Position numbers and translations under genes: made by a program. A stretch of 63,067 nucleotides of DNA, counting the filler, from Reclinomonas americana ATCC 50394 (lineage: Eukaryota): assembly GCA_048213135.1 (NCBI GenBank). It is 23 parts of 23 records of this genome, joined end to end, with 100 filler letters (N's around TTAATTAATTAA, not from the genome) between each part and the next. Parts side by side here need not be neighbours in the genome. Positions count along the whole stretch, not along the records: positions 1 to 4,381 come from AFZH01023264.1; positions 4,482 to 5,840 come from AFZH01023267.1; positions 5,941 to 7,659 come from AFZH01023271.1; positions 7,760 to 8,799 come from AFZH01023272.1; positions 8,900 to 11,486 come from AFZH01023273.1; 18 more parts are not named here. One strand, written 5' to 3'. Each line of letters begins with the position of its first letter. The first letter of the stretch is position 1. Positions 1-11,405 of the stretch are shown one piece after another. The notes beneath the pieces are model-generated. The model was not told where the DNA came from and ran no database searches. It worked only from the letters and a program-made list of their open reading frames with translations.

Positions 1-163
1 TTCCTCGTACGGTACGGCGTGGTCGTCGTACCGTCCGTCGTCGTCGTCGTACGGTACCGACCGGACGGGACGTAGTACGGTACGTACGACAGTACGTCTT
101 CTTCTTCTTCTTCTTCTTCTTCTTCCTCATTATGGATTGTCGTTGTTTCATTCCCCGATGCAG

Positions 164-3100
164 AATCAGCTGGCTTTTTGAAGGACAAGAAGAAGAAGAC
201 GCACATCGACGAGAGCACGGCCGCCATTGCCGCTGCCCGAAGTGACGCGGGGAATCACACTGATCATGGTGCGTCTCTCTCTCTCTCTCTTGCTGTCGTT
301 TGGTGTCCTCGTCACGTGATTCCTCACCTGGGTGGTGCATGCACACAGCTGCTCGCCAGGAGAACACGGAACACACAGCGATGGAAGGCATCGTCGAGGT
401 ACAGTGATTGTTTGTCATCTCAAGAAGAGCATGTCTCTCACCGACCCTCTCTCTCGCTCTCTTGGCATGATTGCACAGCAACATGCGAGGGGACAGCGAG
501 TCGACTCGTCTCCAGTGGATCAAAGTGAGGACTTGCCTGCACGTGGCTCAGTTGAGACATCGGTCCGCAAGCGTTCTCTGGAGGTGCGGCATGCGTCTCA
601 CCTGCCTCTCCGTGCATCGCAGTTGACACCGGATGTTTTCTCTTCATTCTCCGCAGGTGGATGCACCCAGCGAGGATGAGCTTGCACCACAAAAGAAGAA
701 GAAGGTGTGGATTTCTCTCTGTTGTGCATGTTCATCGATCTGCATATGGGTGCTCTGGTGTCAATCTCGCTTATTATGGATTCACAGAGTGGCAAGACTC
801 GAGCTGCGAAAGAGCCAGTGGAGTTGAGCACAGACGAGAATGTGCTGCTGAACAAGCTGCTTGTTGCGTGTGCTTGCTCTCTTTCATCCTTGCAACCAAC
901 ATTGCTTCTCCTCCCTCTTTCAATCTCGTTGCACTCACCATTCATTCTTCATGTGCCGCTCGCAGCGATGCAATCGGAAGAGAATTCTGGTGAAGGCATT
1001 CGGGTTGATGGCGCCCATTGTTCAAAATTCTACAGTCCTCCACCATCAGAGTGTTCTCTTTAACGTTGCCTGTGACGACTGCTGGATTACATTGTCACAG
1101 CCGGGTCGCACGTCGTCAGCAGTCAAGTGCGTATTCGGCAAGAAACTTGGTCAAACTACCAATAGATCACGCAGCAGAATGCCAAAGTCAGTTGAGTGTG
1201 TACTTCGGAGCGTGAACAACTACATCGAGGTGAGCAAGCGTGTGCGATGTGACGACCGTGGCATATTGAACCAACATGCAGATGATTGCAATCTGCAGAT
1301 GAGCCAGCTCAGTGGCGCGGCTCTGGCGGATGCTGTCGTGAGACCACTGATTGTGGTGGATGAGCGCGGGTATTCGAAGGTATATTGGTTTTGCATGATT
1401 GTTTGTGTCTGATGCGACCATGTCGACTGATGTTCATTCACTCGGCTTGCGTGTGACAGGAATCCTGGGAGAGACTGGCGCCTCAGAACAAGAGTCAGAA
1501 AGACCATCTTCAGCCGTTTGTCAAGCAGGCCATGGATGCGTTTCGCGAGTGCGATGGTCTCATGGCTGCTCTGCTTCGAGACAACCACCTCTCTGAGGCC
1601 AAGATTGCACACGCCGTCACGTGGTGTCATGCGAAAGGTCTGCGATTCATGAGACTGTTGTTATTGCATGCGCTGGTGTTTGACCAGCACCATGCAGAAT
1701 CCGGTGCTGAGAAGATGCTGGTGAAGGATGAGGAGGAGGAGGAGGATGACATCAAGCATGAAGACGATATCATCAAGGTACGCAGCAATATTACGCGAAC
1801 AAGAGAGGCTGGGTGAGAATGGGCGTGCCTTCATGATAGGTCAAACATTGATGTCCTACGTTTACAGGTCGATGCAAGCAGTGGCGATGATGAAGAAGCA
1901 ATGCCGAGAAAGGTACGATGATGCCCGTCTGTGTAATGTTGGTGAGAAATGTATTTATGGTGAATGGTGCATGGTGTGTGCGATAGCAGCCCTTAAAGAA
2001 GAGTCGCCGCGTATTCGATCCGAATTTGAGCAAGGAAGAGCGAATGGTGTTGGACAGACTGCTTGTTGCGTGTGCAAGTCCGTGTAACCTCGTCAAGACG
2101 CATTGGTCGACTGCCATGTGTTTGCCTGTTATAACTTCTGGTGCATGTATGTGTGTGCGAACAGCGGTGCAAGAAGAAGATTCTGGTTACGGCATTCGGC
2201 ATCATGGCGCCAATTTTGAAGCGGATCGCTGTTTTGCATCATCGACGAGTTCTTGTTGAACTCGCCTGCAAGGAGTGTGGTATTCCCTCATCGGGAGCTG
2301 GCAGTCCGTCGTCTGCAATCATGGACTCATTCGGCAAGAGTCTTGGCCTGTTCGTCAATACTGCACGCGCCAGAACGCCCAAGTCCGTTGAGGGAGTGCT
2401 CCAGAGCATGAGCACGTTCATCGAGGTGAGCATCGCGATATCCCTCAGTGCTAGCCATCTCACACATGACTGGAAAGTGAGCCAACATCGATGCGTGCGT
2501 AACTCTGCAGAAGAGTGAACTGCACGGCGATGCTCTCGCAGATGCGATTGAGAGACCACTGATTGTGGTGGATGAACGGGGCCATTCTGAGGCGTGCCAG
2601 CTTTCCTTTGTATGCTCTCTGCAAATCCGGTTTGTGTCGACTCACCTGCTTCTCTCTCGATGTTGGTCGTGCTGCAGGAGTCGTGGAGGATGATGGCGAC
2701 GAAACCGAAAAACGACGACCGTCTCCTGCCGCATATTGCTCAAGCCGCTCAGGCTCTACACGAGTGTCCTGGCTTGCAAATGTCGCTGATTCGAGATGGC
2801 TGTCTCTCCGAGCAGGAGGTCGCACGGGCCGTCGAGTGGTGCGGCGAAAGAGGTTAGATTACAGCGGGTGCGTTCTCCTGTGCAATTTGTCAGGTCTGAC
2901 GACCGAGATGCAGCTCTGCTGGAGGCCATGGTGCTGAAGAAAGAAGAGAGGAAGGAGGAGGAGGAGGAAAAGGAGGATGATTTGAGGGTCGACGGAGAGG
3001 AAGATGAGGACGATGACATGGGTGAGAGTTACAGCAGCGAGGTTCGTCTATGGATGGTTGAGCGAGTGCACATTGTAGAATGTTCTCATGATGCGCGCTC

Positions 3101-4381
3101 ACAGCGACGAGGAAGCGATCGTGCGACAATGAGCAAGGACGAACAGCTGGTGCTGGCAAGACTTCTTGTTGCGTATGTATGCAGCTGGCTGATTGAGTGT
3201 TTATCGCACCACCCACGTGATTCATGCGAGAGCAGTGCTGCAACAAGAAGAAGATACTGGTGACGGCGTTTGGCATCATGGCGCCGATGGCTATGAGATC
3301 CACAATCCACCATCATGGGCGCATTCTTGTTGACCTTGCATGCAAGGAGTGTGGCATCCCTTCATCGAAAGCGGGCTGTCTTTCGTCGGCAGTCGTGAGT
3401 TCATTTGGCAAGAGTTTTGGCAGTGTCGGCCACCAGCTACGCAACAAGACGCCCAAGTCAGTTGAGGGAGTGCTTCAGATGATGAGCGATTTTGTCGAGG
3501 TGAACAACTTCATCTCGCACGGTTGTGGAAATGATTAGTGCAAATGTGTGTGCCGTTTTGCAGATGAGTGAATTGCGCGGTGCTGTTCTGCCGGATGCCA
3601 TTAAGAGACCCCTGATTGTGGTGGATGTGCGCGGCTATTCTGAGGTGTGACTGCTTTGCGCTGTGCATATTGTGTGTGCTTAATGGTATTTTTTCACATT
3701 CTGTGCTCTGGAATTCGGTTGCCAGGAATCGTTGCGCTTGCCAAGGATGCCGCACTGCAGGCAGAGCCCTCTTGTGCCATTTGTCACACAGGTGGTGGAG
3801 GCTTTCCACGACTGTCCTGGCCTGCTGTCCACTCTGCTCCGAGATGGTTGTCTTTCAAAGACAGAGATTGCACGCGCCGCCGAGTGGTGTGGTGAACAAG
3901 GTTTGGCTACTTGAGTTGCATTGCTGCACAGTGTGCGCATGTGCTCACCAACGACTGAACAGCTCTGCGGGAGATGGAGATGGTGAAGAAAGAGGAGAGG
4001 AGGGAGGAAGAGCAGGAGGATGAGGACTATGGCAAGGTACACCCGTCGCTCGTCCCGTTAGATGCGAGTCCGGTGCGTGTCCTAACTCTGTGTGGATTGC
4101 GCTTCACTGCGCCGCAAGAGTGGTCCTGGGAAGCTGAGTGTCAACGAACAATTGATGCTGGCGAGATTGCTTGTTGCGTGTTGCTGTTATCTCGATGCAT
4201 GTCACCGACAATGCTGTCACTCCCATCTGCTCACGTTCGCCTTGGAGTAGGGTTGCAACAAGAAGAGGATGCTGGTGAAGGCATTTGGCCTCATGGCACC
4301 CGTGGTGATGCCAGCCACAGTCCTCCATCATCAGCGTGCTCTCTTCCAACTTGCCTGTGACGAATGTGGAATGCCGTCGGA
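164..4381 (+). CDS. Eukaryotic multi-exon gene (partial) of at least 4 tandem copies of a ~200-aa uncharacterised module
   Basis: Short introns (~60-110 nt) splice into one open frame. Homologous exons recur at 966-1229, 2165-2425, from 3236 and from 4251 (C.KK.ILV.AFG.MAP...HH.....LAC.EC), followed by RPLIVVD.RG.S, C.GL...L.RD..LS...WC and acidic exons. Confidence 0.7.
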
Positions 4382-4481
4382 NNNNNNNNNNNNNNNNNNN
4401 NNNNNNNNNNNNNNNNNNNNNNNNNTTAATTAATTAANNNNNNNNNNNNNNNNNNNNNNNNNNNNNNNNNNNNNNNNNNNN
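4382..4481. other. Artificial contig linker (44 N + TTAATTAATTAA + 44 N); first of 22 identical copies
   Basis: Identical 100-nt spacer with stops in all frames. Other copies start at 5841, 7660, 8800, 11487, 13663, 15722, 17081, 18943, 20216, 22178, 28353, 30802, 36456, 40221, 46864, 49242, 51388, 55670, 58020, 60228, 61646. Confidence 0.98.
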
Positions 4482-4855
4482 TTGGTCGCGGCGACCGTGA
4501 GCGCCAGCCAGTTGCGCTGGAAGTCCGAGTCGGCGAACTCATCGGCCAGGACGGCGCTGAGGATCTGCTCTCCCGGGACATGGGCCGTCATGATCCGGGA
4601 GGCGAGGTCCTCCTCGTGGGCCTCGCGCTGGGCGAGCGCCGCGGGCAGGAGTTCGTCCTTTCCGGAGAAGTGGCGCAGCAGTGCGGCGTGGGTGAGCCCG
4701 GCCCGGGCGGCGATGTCGCGGAGCGAGGCCCTCTCGTAGCCGTGCTCGGCGAAGCTGGCGAGTGCGGCTTCGACGATCTCCGCACGTCGCGCTGGCGTCG
4801 TCGCACTCGGGCCTCGGCGGCGGGGGGAGGGCTCGGCGGGCAACGTCGACGTCAT
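4482..4855 (-). CDS. TetR/AcrR family transcriptional regulator (3' truncated)
   Basis: N-terminal TetR HTH: IVEAALASFAEHGYERASLRDIAARAGLTHAALLRHFSGKDELL. Confidence 0.9.
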
Positions 4856-4882
4856 GCACCCACCCTCTCACTTTTGCCTTCT

Positions 4883-4899
4883 GTAACCAAAGTGGTTAC
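4883..4899. promoter_or_regulatory. Perfect inverted repeat GTAACCA-AAG-TGGTTAC, probable TetR operator
   Basis: 7-bp perfect arms, AT-rich in a high-GC context, between divergent tetR and MFS genes. Confidence 0.65.
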
Positions 4900-4911
4900 T
4901 ATCGCTCTGGA

Positions 4912-4927
4912 TCGCAATCGGTTGCCA
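4912..4927. promoter_or_regulatory. LacI-type operator copy 1 (TCGCAATCGGTTGCCA)
   Basis: Matches the motif at 8606, 13877 and 16492; central CG typical of LacI/GalR sites. Confidence 0.7.
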
Positions 4928-5002
4928 GAACAACTCCGATCGCATCACGCGAGTCCGCCCAGTGGAGGGCGCCGCGGATCACTGAACGATGAAGGAGTCC
5001 AG

Positions 5003-5840
5003 GTGACCAGGAACGAGTCCGATCGCGGCGAAACGATCGATTCGATCGTCGCGACCCAGCCGGTTGCCGGCAACGCGCCGGATGAGACCCCGCTCGAGGG
5101 GACGGCAGCTGCCTCCGAGCCCACCGCCAAGGTCAGCGGCGGCTACATCTTCTGGCTGATGCTCGCGAACTTCGGAGCATCCATCGCGATGATGGTCCCG
5201 CTCGCCTACGGCCTGGCCCTGCGCGTCACCGAGCTCGTCCCCGGTCACGAGGAGGTGCTCGGCTACGTCACCGGAACCGCGCAGCTCATCTTCCTCGTCC
5301 TGAGCCCGATGATCGGCATCTGGAGCGACCGCACGCGTTCGCGCTTCGGGCGGCGCACGCCGTTCCTGTTCCTCGGCGCTGCGCTCGGCATCACCGGTGC
5401 CGTCATCATCGGGTTCGCGCCGAGCCTTCTGCTCGTCGGGGCCGGCTGGGTCGTCGCCATGACCGGATGGTCGACGGCGGGAGCCGCGATCCAGACCCTC
5501 CAGGCCGACAAGCTCCCCGAGGAGCAGCGCGGCAAGGTGTCGGCGCTCACCGGTCTGATGACCCAGATCGCCCCCGTGCTCGGCATCGGCATCGCCTACG
5601 CCGTGTCGTCGAGCACTTTCCTCGTGTTCTTCGTCCCCGCTGTCATCGGCGTCGTGCTCCTCGTGCTGCTTCCGACCTTCAACAAGGAGGGGAGCTCGAA
5701 GGATCTCGTCGTCGACTCGACCGTCACCCTCAGGAAGGTCGTCGCGGGGTACGGCTTCAACGCCCGCAAGTACCCCGACTTCGCCTGGAACTGGGTGGGC
5801 CGCATGGTCTTCTTCATCGGTCTGTACTTCAACACCTACC
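5003..5840 (+). CDS. MFS transporter (3' truncated)
   Basis: GAAGGAG RBS then GTG; multiple TM helices; MFS motif A GIWSDRTRSRFGRRTP. Confidence 0.9.
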
Positions 5841-5940
5841 NNNNNNNNNNNNNNNNNNNNNNNNNNNNNNNNNNNNNNNNNNNNTTAATTAATTAANNNN
5901 NNNNNNNNNNNNNNNNNNNNNNNNNNNNNNNNNNNNNNNN

Positions 5941-6570
5941 CGTCGCGCTCGGCATGGCCCTCGCCGTGAACCGCGTCACCCGCGGCAAGACGTTCTTCCG
6001 CACGGTGTTCTATCTGCCGGGCGTGCTCTCGGTCGTCGTCGTCGGGCTGCTGTTCTCGTTCATCCCTCGCCCCCGGGGTCGGGTGTGCTCAATCGCGTGC
6101 TCGAGCTGGTCGGTCTGGGAGCCCTGCAGCAGAACTGGCTCGGCGATCCCTCCGTCGCGCTTCCCGCTGTGGCCGCCGTGTTCGTCTGGTTCCACTGGGG
6201 CTTCGGCTTCCTCCTGTTCCTCGCCGGTCTGCAGGATGTCCCGAAGGAGCTCTACGAGGCCGCCGAGCTCGACGGTGCGCGTCCGTGGACCCAGTTCCGC
6301 TACATCACGTGGCCGCACCTCGCGCCCGTGACGTCCATCGTGAGCCTGCTCACTCTGCTGGCGGCGCTGCAGATCTTCGGCACGGTCCAGGTGCTCACGA
6401 ACGGCGGACCGGGGTACCACACGATGGTGCCGACGCTCGCGATCTTCAACGAGGCGTTCGTCAACTGGCGCTACGGCACCGCCGCAGCGATGTCCGTCGT
6501 CTTCGGCGGTGCGCTCGTGCTGCTCTCCGTGCTGCAACTCGCCATCACCGGGCGGAGGTCCCGCGCATGA
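5941..6570 (+). CDS. Carbohydrate ABC transporter permease 1 (5' truncated; apparent frameshift ~6060-6085)
   Basis: FFRTVFYLPGVLSVVVVGLLF in one frame, then EAA loop ELYEAAELDGARPWTQFRYITWP in another. Confidence 0.88.
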   Translation, partial: RRARHGPRREPRHPRQDVLPHGVLSAGRALGRRRRAAVLVHPSPPGSGVLNRVLELVGLGALQQNWLGDPSVALPAVAAVFVWFHWGFGFLLFLAGLQDVPKELYEAAELDGARPWTQFRYITWPHLAPVTSIVSLLTLLAALQIFGTVQVLTNGGPGYHTMVPTLAIFNEAFVNWRYGTAAAMSVVFGGALVLLSVLQLAITGRRSRA

Positions 6571-7460
6571 CGCTCATCACTCAGCCGCTCGTCGACGAGG
6601 CGCCTGTCGCCACCGAGCCCCTCCGGCCCCGGACGCGTCGTCGTTTCCGTGCCGACAAGGTCGGGCTCTACGGGCTCCTCGTCATCGCGGCGCTCACGGC
6701 ACTGCTGCCGCTCCTCTGGATGCTCTCCGGCTCGCTGCAGAGCCTGACCGAGCTGCTGTCGAACGACACCTTCCTGCCCTCCGAGCCGCAGTGGCAGAAC
6801 TACGTCACAGCCTGGGTCCAGGGCGACCTCGGCACCTATCTCCGCAACAGCGTCGTATACACGGGATGCGCCGTCGCCGGCATCCTGATCGTCTCGAGCC
6901 TGGCGGGCTACGCGCTCGCCCGTCTCGATTTCGCGGGCAAGGGGGTGTTCACCTTCATCATCCTCGCCGTGATGATCATCCCGGCCCCGGCCATGTTCCT
7001 CGCACAGTACAAGCTTCTGATCTCGCTCGGACTGACCAACAATCCGGTGGGCTACATCCTGATCCTGATCACGTCGGGCATCCCGATGTCGACGCTCATC
7101 ATGCGCAGCTTCTTCGTCAGTCAGCCGCGCGACCTGGAGGAGGCTGCGGCACTCGACGGTGCGGGCCCGCTGCGGATCTTCTGGAGCGTCATCCTCCCGC
7201 TCGCACGGCCGGGGCTCGCAGCGGTCGCGGTGATCCAGGGCCTCGGCGCCTGGAACGAGTACCTGATGGCCCTCGTGCTGTTCGACGACAACGCTCTGAT
7301 GCCGATCCAGCGAGGGCTCACGGCGTTCACGTCGGCGGAGACCCCGCAGCAGCAGATCCTGCTGGCGGCGACCACGATCTCCATCGTGCCCGTGGTGATC
7401 TTCTACCTGATGGCGCAGCGGCACATCGTGAAGGGGATCGGCGCCGGCGCGATCAAGTAG
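6567..7460 (+). CDS. Carbohydrate ABC transporter permease 2
   Basis: ATGA overlap with previous gene; EAA loop DLEEAAALDGAGPLRIFWSVILPLARPG; WNEYL motif. Confidence 0.92.
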   Translation: MTLITQPLVDEAPVATEPLRPRTRRRFRADKVGLYGLLVIAALTALLPLLWMLSGSLQSLTELLSNDTFLPSEPQWQNYVTAWVQGDLGTYLRNSVVYTGCAVAGILIVSSLAGYALARLDFAGKGVFTFIILAVMIIPAPAMFLAQYKLLISLGLTNNPVGYILILITSGIPMSTLIMRSFFVSQPRDLEEAAALDGAGPLRIFWSVILPLARPGLAAVAVIQGLGAWNEYLMALVLFDDNALMPIQRGLTAFTSAETPQQQILLAATTISIVPVVIFYLMAQRHIVKGIGAGAIK

Positions 7461-7468
7461 GCGGGGTG

Positions 7469-7485
7469 GGAGCGCGACCCGCTCC
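7469..7485. terminator. Short hairpin between convergent genes
   Basis: GGAGCG-CGACC-CGCTCC between stops at 7460 and 7486. Confidence 0.45.
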
Positions 7486-8509
7486 TCACCTCGTCGGTGC
7501 TGCCGTCGACTCCCGGACGATCAGTTCGAGGGGCAGGACGACCTTCGACGGCGCACGGTTGTGCTCGGGATCGATGAGCGTCTCCATCGCACGCGTGCCG
7601 ATCTCGCGGAGCGGTGAACGCAGCGTCGTGAGCGCGGGCACGGCGAGCTCGGCGCTGAANNNNNNNNNNNNNNNNNNNNNNNNNNNNNNNNNNNNNNNNN
7701 NNNTTAATTAATTAANNNNNNNNNNNNNNNNNNNNNNNNNNNNNNNNNNNNNNNNNNNNGACGCCGCTCGCTCGCACCCGCCGCAGTGCTTCGGCGCCGC
7801 CCTCGACGGTGGGGGCGTCGACGGCGATCTCGACCACCGCGATGCCGCGGGCGTCGGCGAGATCCAGGGTGAGGTCCCAGCGGGACCTGTTGATCTGGGC
7901 GCCGCCGAGACCGAGGTACGCGACCGATCGATGCCCGAGATCATCGAGATGGTCGAGGGCGGCGACGAGGCCCATCGGAAGATCCGGAGCGACACTCGGC
8001 AGCGAGGGAGTGGAGTGGTTGGCGCCGACGATCGGCTTGACCGTGGCCAGGGCGGCGAGTTCGGCATCGTCCAGCCGGGAGGCCACCACGAGGAGGCCGT
8101 CCACGGAGGGTTGCAGAGTCTCGATGGTCTCCCGCTCGATCTCTGCCGACCCCTCGGTCTCCGAGATGATCAGGGTGAAGCCGTTGGCGCGCGCGACCTG
8201 CTCGGCACCGCGGATCAGTTCGAAGTGCACGGGATTGGTGATGTCCGGAAGGACGATCGCGTACGTGCCGGAGAACCCCGTGGGCAGCGCTCTGGCCATG
8301 GGGTTCGCCCGATAGCCGAGCTCCGCGGCGGCGGCACGGATCTTCTCCTCGGTGGCGGCGTTGGTGCGACCGGGCTTGTTGAGCGCTCGCGACACGGTGG
8401 ACGGATTGAGGCCGACCCTCTGGGCGATGTCGTAGATCGTCGGGCGTCGACCGGCGCGCGCCTCGGGCGCTCCCGCTGAGTCCGTGGTCTCGGGTTCGTC
8501 TTTCGACAT
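7486..8509 (-). CDS. LacI family transcriptional regulator (split by the linker 7660-7759)
   Basis: HTH PTIYDIAQRVGLNPSTVSRALN at the N-terminus. 7486-7659 translates to a LacI C-terminus (AVPALTTLRSPLREIG...LPLELIVREST). Joining the two pieces is inference. Confidence 0.88.
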
Positions 8510-8605
8510 CGACGTGTCTTCCTCTGTCGCGGCTGCTGGCATCCGGTTCCACCGATCGTACGACAGCGGCTCGCCTCAGGCAGGTTGGGCGTGCCGAACC
8601 CCGAA

Positions 8606-8621
8606 TGGCAACCGGTTGACA
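8606..8621. promoter_or_regulatory. LacI-type operator copy 2 (TGGCAACCGGTTGACA)
   Basis: In the divergent lacI/uxaC intergenic region, flanked by CCGAA...TTCGG. Confidence 0.75.
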
Positions 8622-8650
8622 ATTCGGAACGGAACCGCTCAAATGGGGGG

Positions 8651-8799
8651 ATGCCCCAGCCGCTCCGACGCGACCGAGACCGCCTGTTCCCCGCCGATCC
8701 CCTCCACCCGCTCCCTCGCGCGCACCCTGTACGAGAGGGTCGCCGACGCGCCGATCATCGCGCCGCACGGGCATGTTCCGGTGGAGTGGCTCGTCGACG
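8651..8799 (+). CDS. uxaC: Glucuronate (uronate) isomerase, N-terminal fragment; frameshift in C-run near 8700
   Basis: Corrected translation MPQPLRRDRDRLFPADPSTRSLARTLYERVADAPIIAPHGHVP has the UxaC N-terminus with the HxH metal motif; uidA lies nearby. Confidence 0.8.
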
Positions 8800-8899
8800 N
8801 NNNNNNNNNNNNNNNNNNNNNNNNNNNNNNNNNNNNNNNNNNNTTAATTAATTAANNNNNNNNNNNNNNNNNNNNNNNNNNNNNNNNNNNNNNNNNNNN

Positions 8900-10407
8900 G
8901 ATGCTGATCGCCGCTCTCGCGGTCAGCGGATGCGCCGCCAGCGCACCTGAGACCGACGGCGACACGACGGCGACCGTCGAGGAGAAGGATCTCGCCGTCG
9001 CGGCGGTGTCCCGCCCCCAACTCGCTCGACCCCGCGCAGATCGTCGACGGCCAGCAGATGTTCGTCTGGTCCTCGATCCTCGACACCGTGCTGCGCAAGG
9101 ACCCGGAGACCGGGGAGCTGCTTCCAGGAGCAGCCGAGAAGTGGGAGTACAACGAGGACGGCACCGAACTCACGCTCACGCTGCGCGACGGAATGACGTT
9201 CAGCTCCGGCGAACCCGTGGATGCGGCCGCCGTCGCCGCGACGCTGCTGCGTTCCAAGGCCACACCGGGTGCAGTGCAGAGCCGTCTCGCCGCGGTCGCG
9301 GATGTCGTGGCGAAGGACGACAAGACCGTCGTCATCAGCTTCTCGGCGTTCGACCCGCAGTTCCTCGACAACCTCGCCCAGGGTCCTGGTGCCATCGGCG
9401 ATCCGGCGACCATGGATGAGGAGCGCACAGCCACCGACCCTGTCGGATCCGGCCCGTTCACGCTCGACGTCGAGAAGACCGTTCCCGGCAGCAGCTACGT
9501 GCTGGTCAAGCGCGACGACTACTGGGATGCCGAGAACGTGCCGTTCAAGACGCTCACGGTGAAGGTGCTCCAGGACCCGACAGCATCTCTCAACGCGCTG
9601 CAGGCCGGCGAGCTCAACGCGGCGACGGTGCAGTCGCAGGTCGTCTCGCAGCTCGACGCGAGCAAGTTCACCATCACCGTCAACGATGCGGTGGCCGTGG
9701 GCTACCTCAACATCCTCGATCGTGCCGGGGCGAAGTTCCCGGCGCTCGGCGACGTGAAGGTCCGTCAGGCGATCAACATGGCCATCGACCGCGAGGGCGT
9801 CCTCAAGGGGATCTTCAGCGGTGTGGGCATCGCGACCACCCAGCTGGTCAGCCCGTTCGGCGAGGTCTACGACGAGAAGCTCAACGACACGTACGAGTAC
9901 GACCCCGAGAAGGGCAAGAAGCTCGTCGAGGAAGCCGGGTACGCCGGTGAGACCTTCCAGATCCCCAGCACGTTCCTCAGCACCACGATCGAGCCCGTCC
10001 TGACGCAGGCGTTCGCCGACATCGGCCTGACGCTCGAGTGGGTGACGGTGCCGCCGCAGCAGGCGCAGGCCGCCGCGCGTTCGGGCGAGTATGGGCTCTA
10101 CTACCAGATCCTCGGATTCAACTCCGACTCCGCGGACCTCGCGACGACGATCGGCGCCGCCGGCTTCGGCAACCCGACCGGGTACACCGATTCCACCCTC
10201 GACGGATACTTCGACGAGATCAACAACACCGTCGACTTCGCCGACGCGCTGCCGGTCTACAAGGAGCTGAACGAGTACGTGGTGGACCAGGCCCTCGTCG
10301 CCCCCATCGCCTACATCGGCGCCACCTGGGCGACGGCCGACGGGATCACCTACGTCGGCAAGGCCAACACCCTCTCCACGATCCGACTGTTCGACGTCAC
10401 CGAGTGA
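8900..10407 (+). CDS. ABC transporter substrate-binding lipoprotein, peptide/nickel (family 5) type; 5' truncated, frameshift ~9010
   Basis: Lipobox LAVSGC; family-5 signature LAEKW-like GAAEKWEYNEDGTELTLTLRDGMTFSSGEPVDAAAV; VGSGPF; DVKVRQAINMAIDR. Confidence 0.9.
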
Positions 10408-10414
10408 GTGGACG

Positions 10415-10444
10415 GGTGGGGGTGCGGTTCGCCGCATCCCCACC
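10415..10444 (+). terminator. 13-bp stem-loop after the SBP gene (partial terminator or mRNA stabiliser)
   Basis: GGTGGGGGTGCGG-TTCG-CCGCATCCCCACC. Confidence 0.55.
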
Positions 10445-10463
10445 TCACACCGGGAGTCTCTTG

Positions 10464-11405
10464 ATGCTCAGCTACATCCTCCGCAGGCTCGGCGCCGGCG
10501 TCGTGCTCGCGATACTGGTGACCCTCATCACCTTCCTTCTTCTCAGCACCTCGTTCAACGACGTCGCCCAGTCGATCCTCGGCACCTCGGCGACACCCGA
10601 GGTCGTTGCCGACCTGATCGCCGCCAAGGGCTGGGATCGTCCGGTGATCGTCCAGTACTTCGACTGGCTGTTCCATGCCGTGCAGGGCGACTTCGGCGTC
10701 TCGGTTTACACCTCGCTGCCGGTCGGTCCCTCCGTGCTCCAGCGCCTCGCCGTCACGCTGTCGATCATCGTGCCGGCCCTGCTGCTGACCGTCGTCCTCT
10801 CCGTCTTCCTCGGAGTCTGGGCGGCGTCGCGCGGGGGAGTCGTCGACCGCATCGCACAGGGGATCTCCCTGATCGGCTACATCGTCCCCGGTCTCCTGCT
10901 GGCGATCGTCCTCGTGGTGGTCTTCGCCGTGCAGCTCAAGTGGCTGCCCGCGACCGGGTTCACGCCCTTCGCAGAGGACCCGGGCGCGTGGGTGCGCAGC
11001 ATCACCATCCCGGTGATCGTGCTCACCATCGGCGGCGTCGCGAACATGGCGGCCCAGGTACGAGGGCGCATGATCGACGAGCTGCGCCGGGACTACATCC
11101 GCACCCTGCGCACGCGCGGATCGTCGACGACGTCGATCGTGATCAAGCACGCGCTGCGCAACGCCGCGAGTCCCGCACTCACCGTGATGTCGCTGGAGTT
11201 CATCCAGATGTTCGGCGGTGCGCTCATCATCGAGAACGTCTTCGCGCTGCCGGGCTACGGCAGCTTCGCCTTCAATGCGTCTCTGCAGGGCGACATCCCC
11301 GTGATCCTGGGCATCACCGCGTTCGGCGTGCTGCTCGTCACCGTCGTCAACCTCCTCACCGACCTGGCCAACGGTTGGCTGAACCCGAAAGCGAGAGTCC
11401 ATTGA
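10464..11405 (+). CDS. ABC transporter permease, DppB/OppB type
   Basis: MLSYILRRL start; QYFDWL...GDFGVS; DYIRTLRTRG...HALRNA; IENVFALPGYG. Confidence 0.92.
   Translation: MLSYILRRLGAGVVLAILVTLITFLLLSTSFNDVAQSILGTSATPEVVADLIAAKGWDRPVIVQYFDWLFHAVQGDFGVSVYTSLPVGPSVLQRLAVTLSIIVPALLLTVVLSVFLGVWAASRGGVVDRIAQGISLIGYIVPGLLLAIVLVVVFAVQLKWLPATGFTPFAEDPGAWVRSITIPVIVLTIGGVANMAAQVRGRMIDELRRDYIRTLRTRGSSTTSIVIKHALRNAASPALTVMSLEFIQMFGGALIIENVFALPGYGSFAFNASLQGDIPVILGITAFGVLLVTVVNLLTDLANGWLNPKARVH

Noticed and set aside
1..126. CGTAC/GTACG-rich low-complexity start followed by (TTC)n
   Set aside because: Looks like low-quality pyrosequencing read-end noise next to a microsatellite, not a telomere or functional repeat.
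4426..4437. TTAATTAATTAA motif repeated 22 times
   Set aside because: Always centred in N runs; an artificial six-frame stop linker.
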